Positions 41,547-50,920 of a DNA stretch of 64,000 nt are shown in pieces. The notes under the pieces were generated by a model that saw only the letters and a list, made by a program, of their open reading frames with translations, ran no database searches and was not told where the DNA came from. Made by a program: the position numbers and the translations under genes. Origin of the DNA: Gammaproteobacteria bacterium (GTDB lineage Bacteria > Pseudomonadota > Gammaproteobacteria > Arenicellales > JAANXG01); assembly GCA_024639325.1 (NCBI GenBank), contig JAHEIO010000005.1, positions 1,090-65,089 on the forward strand, read 5' to 3'. Position 1 is the first letter of the stretch, and every line of letters starts with the position of its first letter.

Positions 41547-42524
41547 ATGGCCCAGACCAAGCCCAAAGTCAGCTACATTACCGTCGAGGACGAATTCTGC
41601 GGACAAAGGCTGGATAATTTTCTGCTGCGTGAGCTCAAGGGCGTGCCGCGAAGTCTGATATACAGGATCGTTCGCCGGGGCGAAGTCAGGGTCAATGAAG
41701 GCCGGACCAAGGCGGGTACGCGACTGCGCAGCGGCGACCGGGTAAGAATCCCACCGCTGCGAACTTCGAACCGGTCGCAACCGCCTCCCGGTGAGGGTCT
41801 CGCCGTCGAAGTCGAAACCTTGTATGAGGATGACTACCTGATTGTCGTCAACAAGCCCGCGGGCCTGGCTGTACACGCGGGCAGCGGGATCAAGGCCGGG
41901 CTGATTGAGATGTTGCGGCATCAACGCCCGAATGACAGGTTTTTGGACCTGGTGCACCGCCTGGATCGCGACACCTCGGGCTGCCTCGTCCTTGCCAGGC
42001 GCCGCAGCGCCCTGCGCCGTCTCCACGAAGACCTGCGGCTCGGTACGAGTGGTCGGGACCATTTCAAGAAAACGTATCTGGCGCTCGTTCTGGGGGTCTG
42101 GGACACCCACGTCAGCGTCGTTGAGATCCCTTTGCGAAAAAACGCGCAACGGGGAGGGGAAAGGATGGTGATCCCTGATGAAGCAGGCAGGTACGCGAAA
42201 TCCAGGTTCACTGCGCTTGACCTTTTCGAGCAATGTACGTTGATGGAGGTCACTTTGGTGACCGGTCGAACCCATCAAGTTCGCGTGCACGCGGCGGCCC
42301 GGGGCCATCCGGTTCTTGGAGACGACAAATACGGTGACAGGGAAGCCAACTCCCGGTTCCGCAATCTCGGCCTGAGAAGGCTGTTTCTGCACGCTTCGGA
42401 ACTGGGGTTCGTTCACCCGGTCACCCGGGAGCGGGTGGAAGTGGAATGCGCCTTGCCGCCGGATCTCGAGGGTGTCATACGCAAACTGGAAGACGGCCGC
42501 GCAGATGTGGATAATTCGGATTGA
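41547..42524 (+). CDS. rluC: 23S rRNA pseudouridine synthase RluC
   Basis: S4 domain GQRLDNFL, HRLDRDTSG, TGRTHQVRVH; divergent from rne. Confidence 0.93.
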   Translation: MAQTKPKVSYITVEDEFCGQRLDNFLLRELKGVPRSLIYRIVRRGEVRVNEGRTKAGTRLRSGDRVRIPPLRTSNRSQPPPGEGLAVEVETLYEDDYLIVVNKPAGLAVHAGSGIKAGLIEMLRHQRPNDRFLDLVHRLDRDTSGCLVLARRRSALRRLHEDLRLGTSGRDHFKKTYLALVLGVWDTHVSVVEIPLRKNAQRGGERMVIPDEAGRYAKSRFTALDLFEQCTLMEVTLVTGRTHQVRVHAAARGHPVLGDDKYGDREANSRFRNLGLRRLFLHASELGFVHPVTRERVEVECALPPDLEGVIRKLEDGRADVDNSD

Positions 42525-42895
42525 TGGGCTGCGAGATATGCCCCACCGGCGCGCTGGTCGACGGCGGTGACGGCGTTGAGTTCGAAGTTTTGAAAAATGA
42601 CGAGGTACTCCCCGCATTCGCGATACGGTACCGGGGCGTCGTCTATGCTTATGTCAACCGATGCAGCCATATGGACCTCAGATTGAATTTTTTGCACAGT
42701 TACTTCTACGACCTGGAAAAGAACTCCCTGATCTGCTCCACACACGGTGCCCTCTATGACCCCGAAACCGGTCAATGCAGAAGCGGGCCGTGCAACGGCC
42801 TGGGTTTGCTGCCAATCAACGTCAGGGAGACGGCGGGCAAAGTGAATCTGGCGGAGCAAGGCGCCGTAGTGTTACGAAACGAGGAGCAGCAATGA
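42524..42895 (+). CDS. Rieske 2Fe-2S ferredoxin
   Basis: NRCSH...CSTHGALY...GPC. Confidence 0.88.
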   Translation: MGCEICPTGALVDGGDGVEFEVLKNDEVLPAFAIRYRGVVYAYVNRCSHMDLRLNFLHSYFYDLEKNSLICSTHGALYDPETGQCRSGPCNGLGLLPINVRETAGKVNLAEQGAVVLRNEEQQ

Positions 42896-43860
42896 CAGAT
42901 TCCGTGGGCCCGCCATCGAGCGGCGTAACCCGTACACCAGATGCCGAGAATGACCTGCTCAAGGAGTTGATCTGGGAAAATCTAAAGGAGAAAAAAAGGA
43001 CGCGGCGATGGAACATCGCTTTCAAGCTGTTTATCGCGGCTTATTTATTATTCTTTGTGTTCGTATATTTCGATACCAACGTCCCAAGCAGCAACGGTAA
43101 GCACACAGCGCTCTTGGAAATAGACGGTGTCATCGCCGCCAACGGGGATGTCACCGCCGATGACGTCGCCGCCGGGCTTCGTGCCGCTTTCGAGGCGGAC
43201 GGCGTCAAAGGCGTTATCGTTAGGATCAACAGCCCGGGCGGCAGCCCCGTGCAGGCGGGTTATATCAATGCCGAAATCACGCGTCTACGCAGGGAACATC
43301 CCGATATACCGCTGCATGCCGTGATTTCCGACATATGCGCATCCGGCGGTTACTATATCGCAGCCGCCGCGGAGAAAATCTACGCCGACAAGGCCAGCAT
43401 TGTTGGATCAATCGGTGTGCTCATGGACGGCTTTGGATTCGTCGACGCCATGGATAAACTGGGGGTCGAAAGGCGATTGATGACTGCAGGAAAATACAAA
43501 GGCCTGCTGGACCCGTTTTCGCCGCTGGACGACAAGAGCAGGGAACACGCCGATGAAATCCTTGGCGAGGTCCATCAACAGTTTATCGATATCGTCAAAC
43601 AGGGCCGCAGCGGTCGATTGAGCGCTCACCCTGATCTGTTCAGCGGGCTGTTCTGGACCGGCGAAACAGCCAGGAAACTGGGACTGATCGATGAGTTCGG
43701 CAGCGCCGGTTTTGTTGCCCGGGAAGTGTTTGAAGCGGAAAAAATAATCGACTACACCCACCAGGAGAACCTGCTCGACAGACTGGCCAAGCAGATGGGC
43801 GTCGGCGTCGCGCAAACGCTGCGTATGTATACGAGCTACCGCTTACCTGAACTGAAATAG
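42892..43860 (+). CDS. sppA: S49 family signal peptide peptidase
   Basis: INSPGGSP, CASGGYYIA, VGSIGV. Confidence 0.9.
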   Translation: MTDSVGPPSSGVTRTPDAENDLLKELIWENLKEKKRTRRWNIAFKLFIAAYLLFFVFVYFDTNVPSSNGKHTALLEIDGVIAANGDVTADDVAAGLRAAFEADGVKGVIVRINSPGGSPVQAGYINAEITRLRREHPDIPLHAVISDICASGGYYIAAAAEKIYADKASIVGSIGVLMDGFGFVDAMDKLGVERRLMTAGKYKGLLDPFSPLDDKSREHADEILGEVHQQFIDIVKQGRSGRLSAHPDLFSGLFWTGETARKLGLIDEFGSAGFVAREVFEAEKIIDYTHQENLLDRLAKQMGVGVAQTLRMYTSYRLPELK

Positions 43861-43902
43861 CCCCATTATTGCACCAGTGCGGTGGTGATTATTCTATAGC
43901 TT

Positions 43903-44490
43903 TCAGACAGGGGACATCCCTTCATTTTGCAGCATCGCCACCAGCCTTATCAGCGGCAGACCGATGAGTGCGGTGGGGTCGTCCCCGATGAATTTCTGAA
44001 GCAGGGCGATGCCCAATCCGTCGGCCCGGAGGCTGCCGCTGCAGCCATAGGGTTTTTCCTTGTCGAGATAGCTGTCGATTTCCCGATCGGTGATTGTCTT
44101 GAACTGTACGGTATAGCGGACAACGTCCTTTTGAACCAGGCCGCTGTCGCTATTGATCAATGCAATGCCGGTAAACAGAGTGACCGTCTTTCCGGATGAT
44201 GCTGCAAGCTGCCGCACCGCATCGGCGTGATCACCGGGCTTGCCGACGATCTTGTTGTCCTCCTGTACCGCGACCTGGTCGCTGCCGATGATCAGGGCAC
44301 CCGCCGCCGTCTTCGCTACGGCCTCGGCCTTTTCGACTGAAAGTCGCAGCACCAGATCAGCGGCCTGCTCGCCGGACCGGGGCGTTTCGTCTATATCCGG
44401 AGAGACGACGTCAAACGGTATCATAAGCCTTTCAAGCAGCTCACGACGAAAAGGGGAGGAAGATGCAAGAATCAGTTGTTGCGCTGCCAT
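43903..44490 (-). CDS. maf: Maf/YceF nucleoside triphosphate pyrophosphatase
   Basis: LILASSSPFR, IDET, IIGSDQV, ALIGLPL. Confidence 0.93.
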   Translation of the reverse strand: MAAQQLILASSSPFRRELLERLMIPFDVVSPDIDETPRSGEQAADLVLRLSVEKAEAVAKTAAGALIIGSDQVAVQEDNKIVGKPGDHADAVRQLAASSGKTVTLFTGIALINSDSGLVQKDVVRYTVQFKTITDREIDSYLDKEKPYGCSGSLRADGLGIALLQKFIGDDPTALIGLPLIRLVAMLQNEGMSPV

Positions 44491-44589
44491 ACGATTACCG
44501 TTGAAAGAAAAGTTGCTAGTGTACCCCGTTCATGAAACAGGGGACGATGCTTGGCGCGGTAATGGGACTGGGATTTCCTCCATGTCTAG

Positions 44590-44709
44590 CCCGCATATCT
44601 CACCAGGCGCCTTTGACTTCTGGCTAAGGACTTACAAATGCTAGGTTATTTAGTTTTGACTGAAAACCTGTCCTGCGCCATCGCTCGGGATCCTGGTGAG
44701 ATATGCGGG
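44590..44709. mobile_element. 120-bp MITE with perfect 18-bp TIRs and CTAG flanks
   Basis: CTAG-CCCGCATATCTCACCAGG (44590-44607)...CCTGGTGAGATATGCGGG (44692-44709)-CTAG. Confidence 0.8.
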
Positions 44710-44883
44710 CTAGGCGGCCCGCTCAGGTACCTGGATTCCCGGGCATGTTCTTCGATTCGAGCTCGTTTGGAGCGGTGTTGGAAGCATTCCAAGGCGAGCG
44801 TTTCTCTCCCGCCTGTGTGATTATGCAGAACAAAAAGTTTTATACTTAGCACCCCGTAAACATCAAACCGCGCGGAGTAGGCA

Positions 44884-45240
44884 ATGACGATACTGTTTGT
44901 GCTCATATATGTGGCTGTTTCCGTCTATGTGATCTGGTGGGCGTTGAGGGGAGCAAAAAAACTGGATGTCGGCCACGGCGATCATGTTCATGAGGTTCAC
45001 CACGACGGCACGGCACCGAAAACTCCGCACGAGTCAGATGATCTGACGCAGATCAGGGGTATTGGCGCGGTAATATCAGCCAAACTGCGCACACTGGGCA
45101 TCACCAGCTATGAACAGATAGCCGGGTTGGATCAAACCGACATCGAGAGGATCAACGAGGGGCTCAACTTCAAGGGCCGAATCGAGAAGGAGCAGTGGAT
45201 CCAGCAGGCACAGGAAATCCTGGTGAGAAATGCGGGTTAG
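44884..45240 (+). CDS. Membrane-anchored helix-hairpin-helix (COG3743-like) protein
   Basis: N-terminal TM, His-rich linker, DDLTQIRGIG...GITSYEQIA...GRIEKEQWIQQA. Confidence 0.8.
   Translation: MTILFVLIYVAVSVYVIWWALRGAKKLDVGHGDHVHEVHHDGTAPKTPHESDDLTQIRGIGAVISAKLRTLGITSYEQIAGLDQTDIERINEGLNFKGRIEKEQWIQQAQEILVRNAG
45219..45236 (+). repeat. Third TIR copy forming the 3' end of the HhH gene
   Basis: CCTGGTGAGAAATGCGGG-TTAG, 17/18 identical to 44692-44709. Confidence 0.8.
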
Positions 45241-46895
45241 CCCGCAGTTTGCCGGTCGCCCGCTCTTTTCAAGAACGGATACTCGATGAGGTTGTAGGTG
45301 AAGCTCGCCACCAACCAGGTGACCAGCGTCGCCGCCAAGAACAGCGGGAACCCGGTGGCATCCACTCCCAGATAAAACGATGACAATCGCCTGAGTACAT
45401 CGATCAACAGGGGGTGCACCAGGTAAGCGCTGTAGCCGATGATTCCGAATGAGCGCAGCGGCCGGTTGCGAAGAATTGCCCCGTAAATCGAATTACGGGC
45501 GTACACCGCCGAGAACACGAGAAACCCGGCTGCAATACCGAACCAGGGGCGCTGCTCAAAAGCCGGGAACACGCTGTACCCCAGCCAACCGCTGAGGATC
45601 GTCGCGCTTCCCGTAACGAACACGGCGGCGAGAACCAGGGAAGCAATCCAGCCCAGCGTTTTTTCAACTTTATCCCGATAGCGGTTGATCACGTTGGCCG
45701 ATCCTTCGTTATTGAGGACGTAGCTGACGAATATGCCCACCAGGAACCAGCCGAGCATGAGCGGCCTCACATTGGGCCGGCTGTTCATCTTGATCGGAAT
45801 GGCTGAGGTGTACCATAGCAACCAGAGTGCAAGCCCGGCCAGAACCAGCAGAGCAAGGGCGAATCGCAGGCGCAGCAGCAATGCCATTCCGACCATGATG
45901 AACGGCAGCAGCAGGTAGAAAAACATCTCCTGCGGGATGGTCCAGAAATGACCGTCGCCCTGCAGAAAAAGAAAATGGGGCAGGGCCCATTGCACGCTGC
46001 CGGACGCAAGGAAATAAATAAAAATGATGGTGTAGTACATGGGAACGATGCGCGCCAGGCGGCGGAAAAAGTAGTTTTGCAGCCTGGGCCCGTCGAATAT
46101 CAATTCTGGACCGCGCACGAAGGGAATAGCCAGTAGATAGCCACTCAGTGCAAAAAATATCCACACGCCAACCAGCCCCGATCCGCTGAATATCCCCCAG
46201 GAGTGGTCGGCGACCACGCTCAACGCCGCAAGCCCGCGAAGACCGTCCAGCTCCAGGGTATGCGGTTTGATACCGGCGTCGTCAACCGGGTCGAGCTGCG
46301 CAAGCGACGGTATGCGACCGGCGTTGAGACCCTGCACTAGAAAAAACACCAGGACTCCGACGACGCCGGGAATGCCGAATCGAAGATATGGATTTTGAAC
46401 CTCGATTTTACGGCTGCTGACAATCGCGGATGCGCCTTCCGTGGCATGAACTTTCAAGCCTTCCTTGGTTACTTCTATGCGGGTACGACTATTCCCGGAC
46501 TCGAAGTAGTCCCTTAACGCTTGCCCCTGTAGCCGAAACGAGGCAGCGTAGTGGCTGTGAACCATGATCTCGCGCAAGAGCAGCGCTCGGCCACCGGTCT
46601 CGAACTCGATTTTGAACAATACGGCAAGCCGATCGTCGAGTTTGGTGAGCACGCGCTCATTCTCGTCCAGCACGGTTGAATTTTGAACCAGGCGGCCGGC
46701 GTCAAAGGTACGGCTGGCGGGAGGGCGCTGGAAGTAGATTCGGATGTCGGCGGGACCTTCACCGGTCAGCAGCAGTTCGACACGATCCACACGCGACAGA
46801 ATGTCATAGTCGATGAAACGCTCGCTGCCGGCGAAAGCCAGCAGGGCCAGGACAAGGGCAACGATCTTTCGGGTAGGGGAGACGTTAACCTGCAC
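45237..46895 (-). CDS. Acyltransferase-3 (OafA-like) with extra N-terminal domain
   Basis: LDGLRGLAA..V..H, GVWIFFALSGYL, RRLARIVP, HFWTIPQEMFFY, YSAYLVH, YNLIE.PF. Confidence 0.88.
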   Translation of the reverse strand: MQVNVSPTRKIVALVLALLAFAGSERFIDYDILSRVDRVELLLTGEGPADIRIYFQRPPASRTFDAGRLVQNSTVLDENERVLTKLDDRLAVLFKIEFETGGRALLLREIMVHSHYAASFRLQGQALRDYFESGNSRTRIEVTKEGLKVHATEGASAIVSSRKIEVQNPYLRFGIPGVVGVLVFFLVQGLNAGRIPSLAQLDPVDDAGIKPHTLELDGLRGLAALSVVADHSWGIFSGSGLVGVWIFFALSGYLLAIPFVRGPELIFDGPRLQNYFFRRLARIVPMYYTIIFIYFLASGSVQWALPHFLFLQGDGHFWTIPQEMFFYLLLPFIMVGMALLLRLRFALALLVLAGLALWLLWYTSAIPIKMNSRPNVRPLMLGWFLVGIFVSYVLNNEGSANVINRYRDKVEKTLGWIASLVLAAVFVTGSATILSGWLGYSVFPAFEQRPWFGIAAGFLVFSAVYARNSIYGAILRNRPLRSFGIIGYSAYLVHPLLIDVLRRLSSFYLGVDATGFPLFLAATLVTWLVASFTYNLIEYPFLKRAGDRQTAG

Positions 46896-47033
46896 AAGTC
46901 TGATAATGGTTCATAATATTAAAGTAAAACATTAAAAAAAATACATAAAATATTGAAAAACAATAATAAAAAAATTCAAAGTGGTTTTCAGTCGAATTCC
47001 GTTTTTGTTATTGCCTTAATCGGGGTTAATATA

Positions 47034-47049
47034 CTGGTTATAAAAACAG
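47034..47049. promoter_or_regulatory. LexA (SOS) box of imuA-imuB
   Basis: ataCTGGTTATAAAAACAGtat, CTG-N10-CAG with palindromic flanks, overlapping a TATACT -10-like hexamer. Confidence 0.85.
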
Positions 47050-47066
47050 TATTCGTATAACCAGTC

Positions 47067-47678
47067 ATGAAATCCGACCTGCGCGGACGGTTAAGTAAAC
47101 ATCACCTGGTGTGGCAAGGCAACACGGTGGACGGCAAGGGAAACGGCGTGAGCACCGGTTTTGCCGAACTGGACCAGGCATTGCCTACCCGTGGCTGGCC
47201 GGAAGCCGCCCTGACCGAGATAGCCGTTCCCTACTGGGGGCTGGGAGAGCTGCGCCTGCTGCTCCCGGCTATGGTGCATCTGAACCGGCAAAAGCGCCGA
47301 ATCGTGTGGATTGCACCGCCTTACCTACCCTATGCCCCGGCGCTGGCCCGGGCCGGTTTGGATTTGCAGTACGTCATGGTCGTTGACACCCAGTCCGGTA
47401 ACGTTTCCTGGGCCATGGAGAGGCTGTCGTCCACCAGATCCTGTGGCATGGTTCTGGCGTGGCCGACGCGCCTGTCGGAGGTGGAGGCTCGCCGCCTGCA
47501 ACTGGCCGCAGAAATCGGCGGGGGCATCGGGGTCGTTCTGCGTGCGGAGGATACGAGGTGGCGGGCACCTTCGGCAGCGCTGCGCCTGAAAATAGAGTCG
47601 CTCGACGGGGAGATCGCGATCAATATACTGAAAGCCCGCGGCGGCAGCCATCGAACCCGGGTTGCGGTGCCCCTTTAG
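47067..47678 (+). CDS. imuA: Translesion synthesis-associated protein ImuA
   Basis: STGFAELDQALP..GWP..ALTEI, GELRLLLP, WIAPPYLPYAPAL, RRLQLAAE. Confidence 0.93.
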   Translation: MKSDLRGRLSKHHLVWQGNTVDGKGNGVSTGFAELDQALPTRGWPEAALTEIAVPYWGLGELRLLLPAMVHLNRQKRRIVWIAPPYLPYAPALARAGLDLQYVMVVDTQSGNVSWAMERLSSTRSCGMVLAWPTRLSEVEARRLQLAAEIGGGIGVVLRAEDTRWRAPSAALRLKIESLDGEIAINILKARGGSHRTRVAVPL

Positions 47679-47686
47679 CCCGCCTG

Positions 47687-49192
47687 ATGCAGCACGCGGC
47701 GCAACATGCTGTTTCGCTGGACAGGGGGACAGCCTCGGGCGTCGCCCGCGCACCGTCTTCGCTCCTGTGGGCCGCCGTTGATTTGCCCTCTCTGGCCCTG
47801 GAGGCGCTGCACATCGGCGTAAACGAGTATGCCGTTGTCACCGAGCCCTCGCGCCGAGGCGAAATCGTCCATCAGGCCTCTGAAAATGCCCGTTCGGTTG
47901 GCATCAAGCCTGGAATGAATGTCAATGCGGCCCTGGCGATATGGGCCAGTCTGCAGGTCTGCCCTCGCGATCCTGATGCGGAACATCGTCATTTGCATGA
48001 ATTTCATCACTGGGCCGGCCGCTTCACACCAACCGTCAGTACGGAGCCGCCAACCACACTGCTTTTCGAAGTCGCGGCCAGTCTGAAGCTGTTCGACGGA
48101 ATCGAGGCCTTATACGACAGGTTGCGCCGGGAACTGGATCAGACCGGGCATCGCTGTTATCTGGCGCTGACGCCAACGCCCGGCGCGAGTTCGATGCTGG
48201 CGGCAGCCGGACGGGAAACGCTGATCACTGATAGGGCTGACCTCAGGATGTCAATGCAGGCATTGCCCATACATTCGCTGGGGTTGGCAGGAGAGACGCT
48301 TCGCAGGCTCCGGGCCGCGGGAGTTTCATCCCTCGAAGAACTGTGGCGCCTGCCACGGCACGACCTGGCCCGCCGGTTCGGACCGGATGTGGTGCGCAAA
48401 CTGGACCAGGCACTGGGCATGCGTCCCGATCCGCGCCGGATCGACGCCATACCTGACTGCTTCGAGCGTCATTGTGAACTGGAAGCGGAAACCGTTGAGG
48501 CGTGTTTCATCCTGCAGGCCGCGCGTTTTTTGCTGAAGCAATTCTCCGATTTCCTGACTGCCAGAAGCGCTGTTGCCAGTGACGTTCGGGTTTGGCTGAA
48601 ACACGCGGGCAAACCCGCCACCCGGATCGATGTGGGAACTCGTCTGCCAATGCGTGATGCCGCACAGTGGGAGAGGCTGCTGAGGGAACACATTCAGCGC
48701 CGTGAACTGCGTGCGCCGGTGCGGGGTATCCGTCTGTCAGGTTCCGGTTTACGGAGCGTCAACCCGGCCAGCGGTGATCTGTTTGAAACCCCGGACGCAG
48801 TCGGAGACTGGGCACGTGCCCTGGATGAACTGGAAGCCCGCTTGGGTAAAAAAAACCTGTGGACGCCGAGCGTGTTGGCCGACCATCGCCCCGAGCACGC
48901 CTGGAAGCGGTCCCCGCCGGCAGTGGATCAAGCCGATGTCTCGTGTCCACCACACCGTCCGCTGTGGCTGCTCGATGAACCCCGGCGTCTGAATTGTCAG
49001 GCAGATGATGGCTCAGGCTCGGTTTCGTTCAATATCATCGATGGTCCGGAGCGGATTGAATCAGGGTGGTGGGATGACAATGAATATTGCCGGGACTACT
49101 ATACGGCGGTCTGCCCGCAAGGCCGCCGCCTATGGGTTTTTCAGGATCTGAAGAAAAGATCCGAATGGTATCTTCATGGGTTGTTTGGTTGA
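47687..49192 (+). CDS. imuB: Y-family polymerase homologue ImuB
   Basis: LWAAVDLP, RFTPTVS, EVAASLKLF, DHRPE, RPLWLL, GPERIESGWWD, RDYY, WYLHGLFG. Confidence 0.93.
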   Translation: MQHAAQHAVSLDRGTASGVARAPSSLLWAAVDLPSLALEALHIGVNEYAVVTEPSRRGEIVHQASENARSVGIKPGMNVNAALAIWASLQVCPRDPDAEHRHLHEFHHWAGRFTPTVSTEPPTTLLFEVAASLKLFDGIEALYDRLRRELDQTGHRCYLALTPTPGASSMLAAAGRETLITDRADLRMSMQALPIHSLGLAGETLRRLRAAGVSSLEELWRLPRHDLARRFGPDVVRKLDQALGMRPDPRRIDAIPDCFERHCELEAETVEACFILQAARFLLKQFSDFLTARSAVASDVRVWLKHAGKPATRIDVGTRLPMRDAAQWERLLREHIQRRELRAPVRGIRLSGSGLRSVNPASGDLFETPDAVGDWARALDELEARLGKKNLWTPSVLADHRPEHAWKRSPPAVDQADVSCPPHRPLWLLDEPRRLNCQADDGSGSVSFNIIDGPERIESGWWDDNEYCRDYYTAVCPQGRRLWVFQDLKKRSEWYLHGLFG

Positions 49193-49211
49193 AACAGAAT
49201 CAGATATCTAA

Positions 49212-49323
49212 GGAGTTGAATCCGGCTTGTCTTTGCGAGACACGCCGTAAATACCTCCCTGTAGGCTCTGCGCCAGCATCCCTGCTGGCGAAGGTCTATC
49301 AAAGACAAGCCCGATTCAACCCC
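49212..49323. repeat. 112-bp palindromic MITE/REP-like element
   Basis: 24-bp arms GGAGTTGAATCCGGCTTGTCTTTG / CAAAGACAAGCCCGATTCAACCCC (22/24 complementary) around hairpin CGCCAGCA-TCCC-TGCTGGCG. Confidence 0.8.
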
Positions 49324-49353
49324 AAGACGCAGTGTGACTGAAATAGGAAAAAC

Positions 49354-50601
49354 ATGCCGACTGAAAAAATAGCCGTCATCGGCGCCGGGATTATCGGCGT
49401 CACCTGTGCATACGAGCTTCGGCACAACGGGTTCGATGTTGTCCTCATCGATCCTCAGGACAATGAGGCGGCGCCTTCGCTAAAAAACGCCGGCGCCCTG
49501 GCCTATTCCGAGATCCTGCCGATCGCCAGCGGAAGCGTGCTATACAAGGTCCCCAAATGGCTCGCCGATCCCCGGGGGCCCTTGTCCATCAGGGCAGGAT
49601 ATTTGCACAAAATCATCCCCTGGCTGACGCGCTTCGTGTTGGCTAGCAACGAAAAACAAGTGCAGGCGACGGCCAAAGCTCTGGCCGCCCTCAATCTACT
49701 CTCCAGGGAACTGTGCGGTTCGCTATACGAGGCCGCCGATATATCGGACGCGATAAAACGGGCCGGAGCCCTGCATCTGTACGAGAGCGAGCGGGAACGT
49801 TCGGTTGCGATGCCGGGCTGGCGCATACGGGAACGCAACGGAATCCGGTTCGAGCACATCGATCAGTCGGAACTCAGGGTGCGGGAGCCAGCCCTGGCTG
49901 CCGTGTTTTACGGCGCCACGTTGATCGAAGACTGGCACCTCGTGTCCGACCCCAAAGATGTGCTCGATGCGCTGTTCTGCCTGGGGAGAGAGTCAGGCGT
50001 TGAGTTTATCCGTGAGTCGGTGTTGGATGTAAACCCTTCCGAAGAAGGCGTGTGTCTGTCGTTCGAGGGCGGGGCGCCTGCCATACGTGTAGGCAAGGCG
50101 TTGATCACGGCGGGCGCCTGGTCGAGAATCCTGGTGGACCGGCTCGGCGACAATATCCCCGTCGAAGCGGAACGAGGCTACAATACCACCATTGTCGAGC
50201 CCAATGTCCGGATCAATTCGGAGCTGATATTCGGCGAACACGGATTCGTGGCAACCCAGTTGGATAGCGGCCTACGAATCGGTGGAGCGGCCGAGTTTGC
50301 AGGACTGCTTGGCGCGCCCCGCTATGACCGGGCCGACGCCATGTTGCACAAGGCAATGCGGTTCCTGCCTGGATTGCGAACAGAACATTCAACCCGATGG
50401 ATGGGATGCCGGCCGAGCATGCCGGACAGCCGCCCCGTTATTGGGCCTTGCGCAAAAACACCGAATGTCCTGTATGCTTTCGGGCACGGTCATACTGGTC
50501 TGACGCAGGCGCCCGGGACAGCGCGACTGATTACCGACATGCTGCTGGGCCGTCAATCGATGATCGATGCGCAACCGTTCTCACCACAAAGATTCAACTA
50601 G
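49354..50601 (+). CDS. FAD-dependent D-amino acid dehydrogenase (likely D-hydroxyproline/D-proline)
   Basis: IGAGIIG, NAG, AGAWS, ERGY, WMGCRPSMPDSRPVIG, FGHGHTGLT; adjacent to hydroxyproline epimerase. Confidence 0.85.
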   Translation: MPTEKIAVIGAGIIGVTCAYELRHNGFDVVLIDPQDNEAAPSLKNAGALAYSEILPIASGSVLYKVPKWLADPRGPLSIRAGYLHKIIPWLTRFVLASNEKQVQATAKALAALNLLSRELCGSLYEAADISDAIKRAGALHLYESERERSVAMPGWRIRERNGIRFEHIDQSELRVREPALAAVFYGATLIEDWHLVSDPKDVLDALFCLGRESGVEFIRESVLDVNPSEEGVCLSFEGGAPAIRVGKALITAGAWSRILVDRLGDNIPVEAERGYNTTIVEPNVRINSELIFGEHGFVATQLDSGLRIGGAAEFAGLLGAPRYDRADAMLHKAMRFLPGLRTEHSTRWMGCRPSMPDSRPVIGPCAKTPNVLYAFGHGHTGLTQAPGTARLITDMLLGRQSMIDAQPFSPQRFN

Positions 50602-50916
50602 CCCGGATATACGGAGCAGTTATGGACAGCACCGGAGATATGCTCAGGATCGAACAGCTGGTAACCAGCCGTGGCGCTGTACCGGCATTTTATTCAGGGC
50701 AACTATGACGGCGCGCTCGAATTGTGGCACCGAACGCGGTTGTCCAACATGTTCTTCTGGTCTCATGCCTTCAATCCATCGGTCAAGGCTGTTTGTAACA
50801 TGATGGGCCACGACGTGGGGCAGTGTCGGCTGCCCGTCGTGCCGCTGGAAGGGGCGGCGTTGGACGAGTCGTCCGAGTCGTTGGAGCCGCTTCGAAATAA
50901 GCCCGCATTTCAATAA
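50602..50916 (+). pseudogene. Truncated, internally deleted DapA/DHDPS-family gene
   Basis: AVMDSTGDMLRIEQL (like VKDSSGD) in one frame, then ALYRHF..GNYDGALELW...VKAV..MMGHDVGQCRLPVVPL in another; N-terminal half missing. Confidence 0.65.
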
Positions 50917-50920
50917 AACG

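Noticed and set aside
41529-42617. 362-aa antisense ORF over rluC, and similar ORFs over fabH and fabF
   Set aside because: Entirely overlaps a conserved gene on the opposite strand; stop-codon scarcity explains it.
44636-44662. GCTAGGTT...TTTTGAC similarity to 56237-56249 as island-bounding direct repeat
   Set aside because: Short and interrupted; one copy is inside the MITE and the other is explained by the dnaE2 stop plus the rpmF -35.
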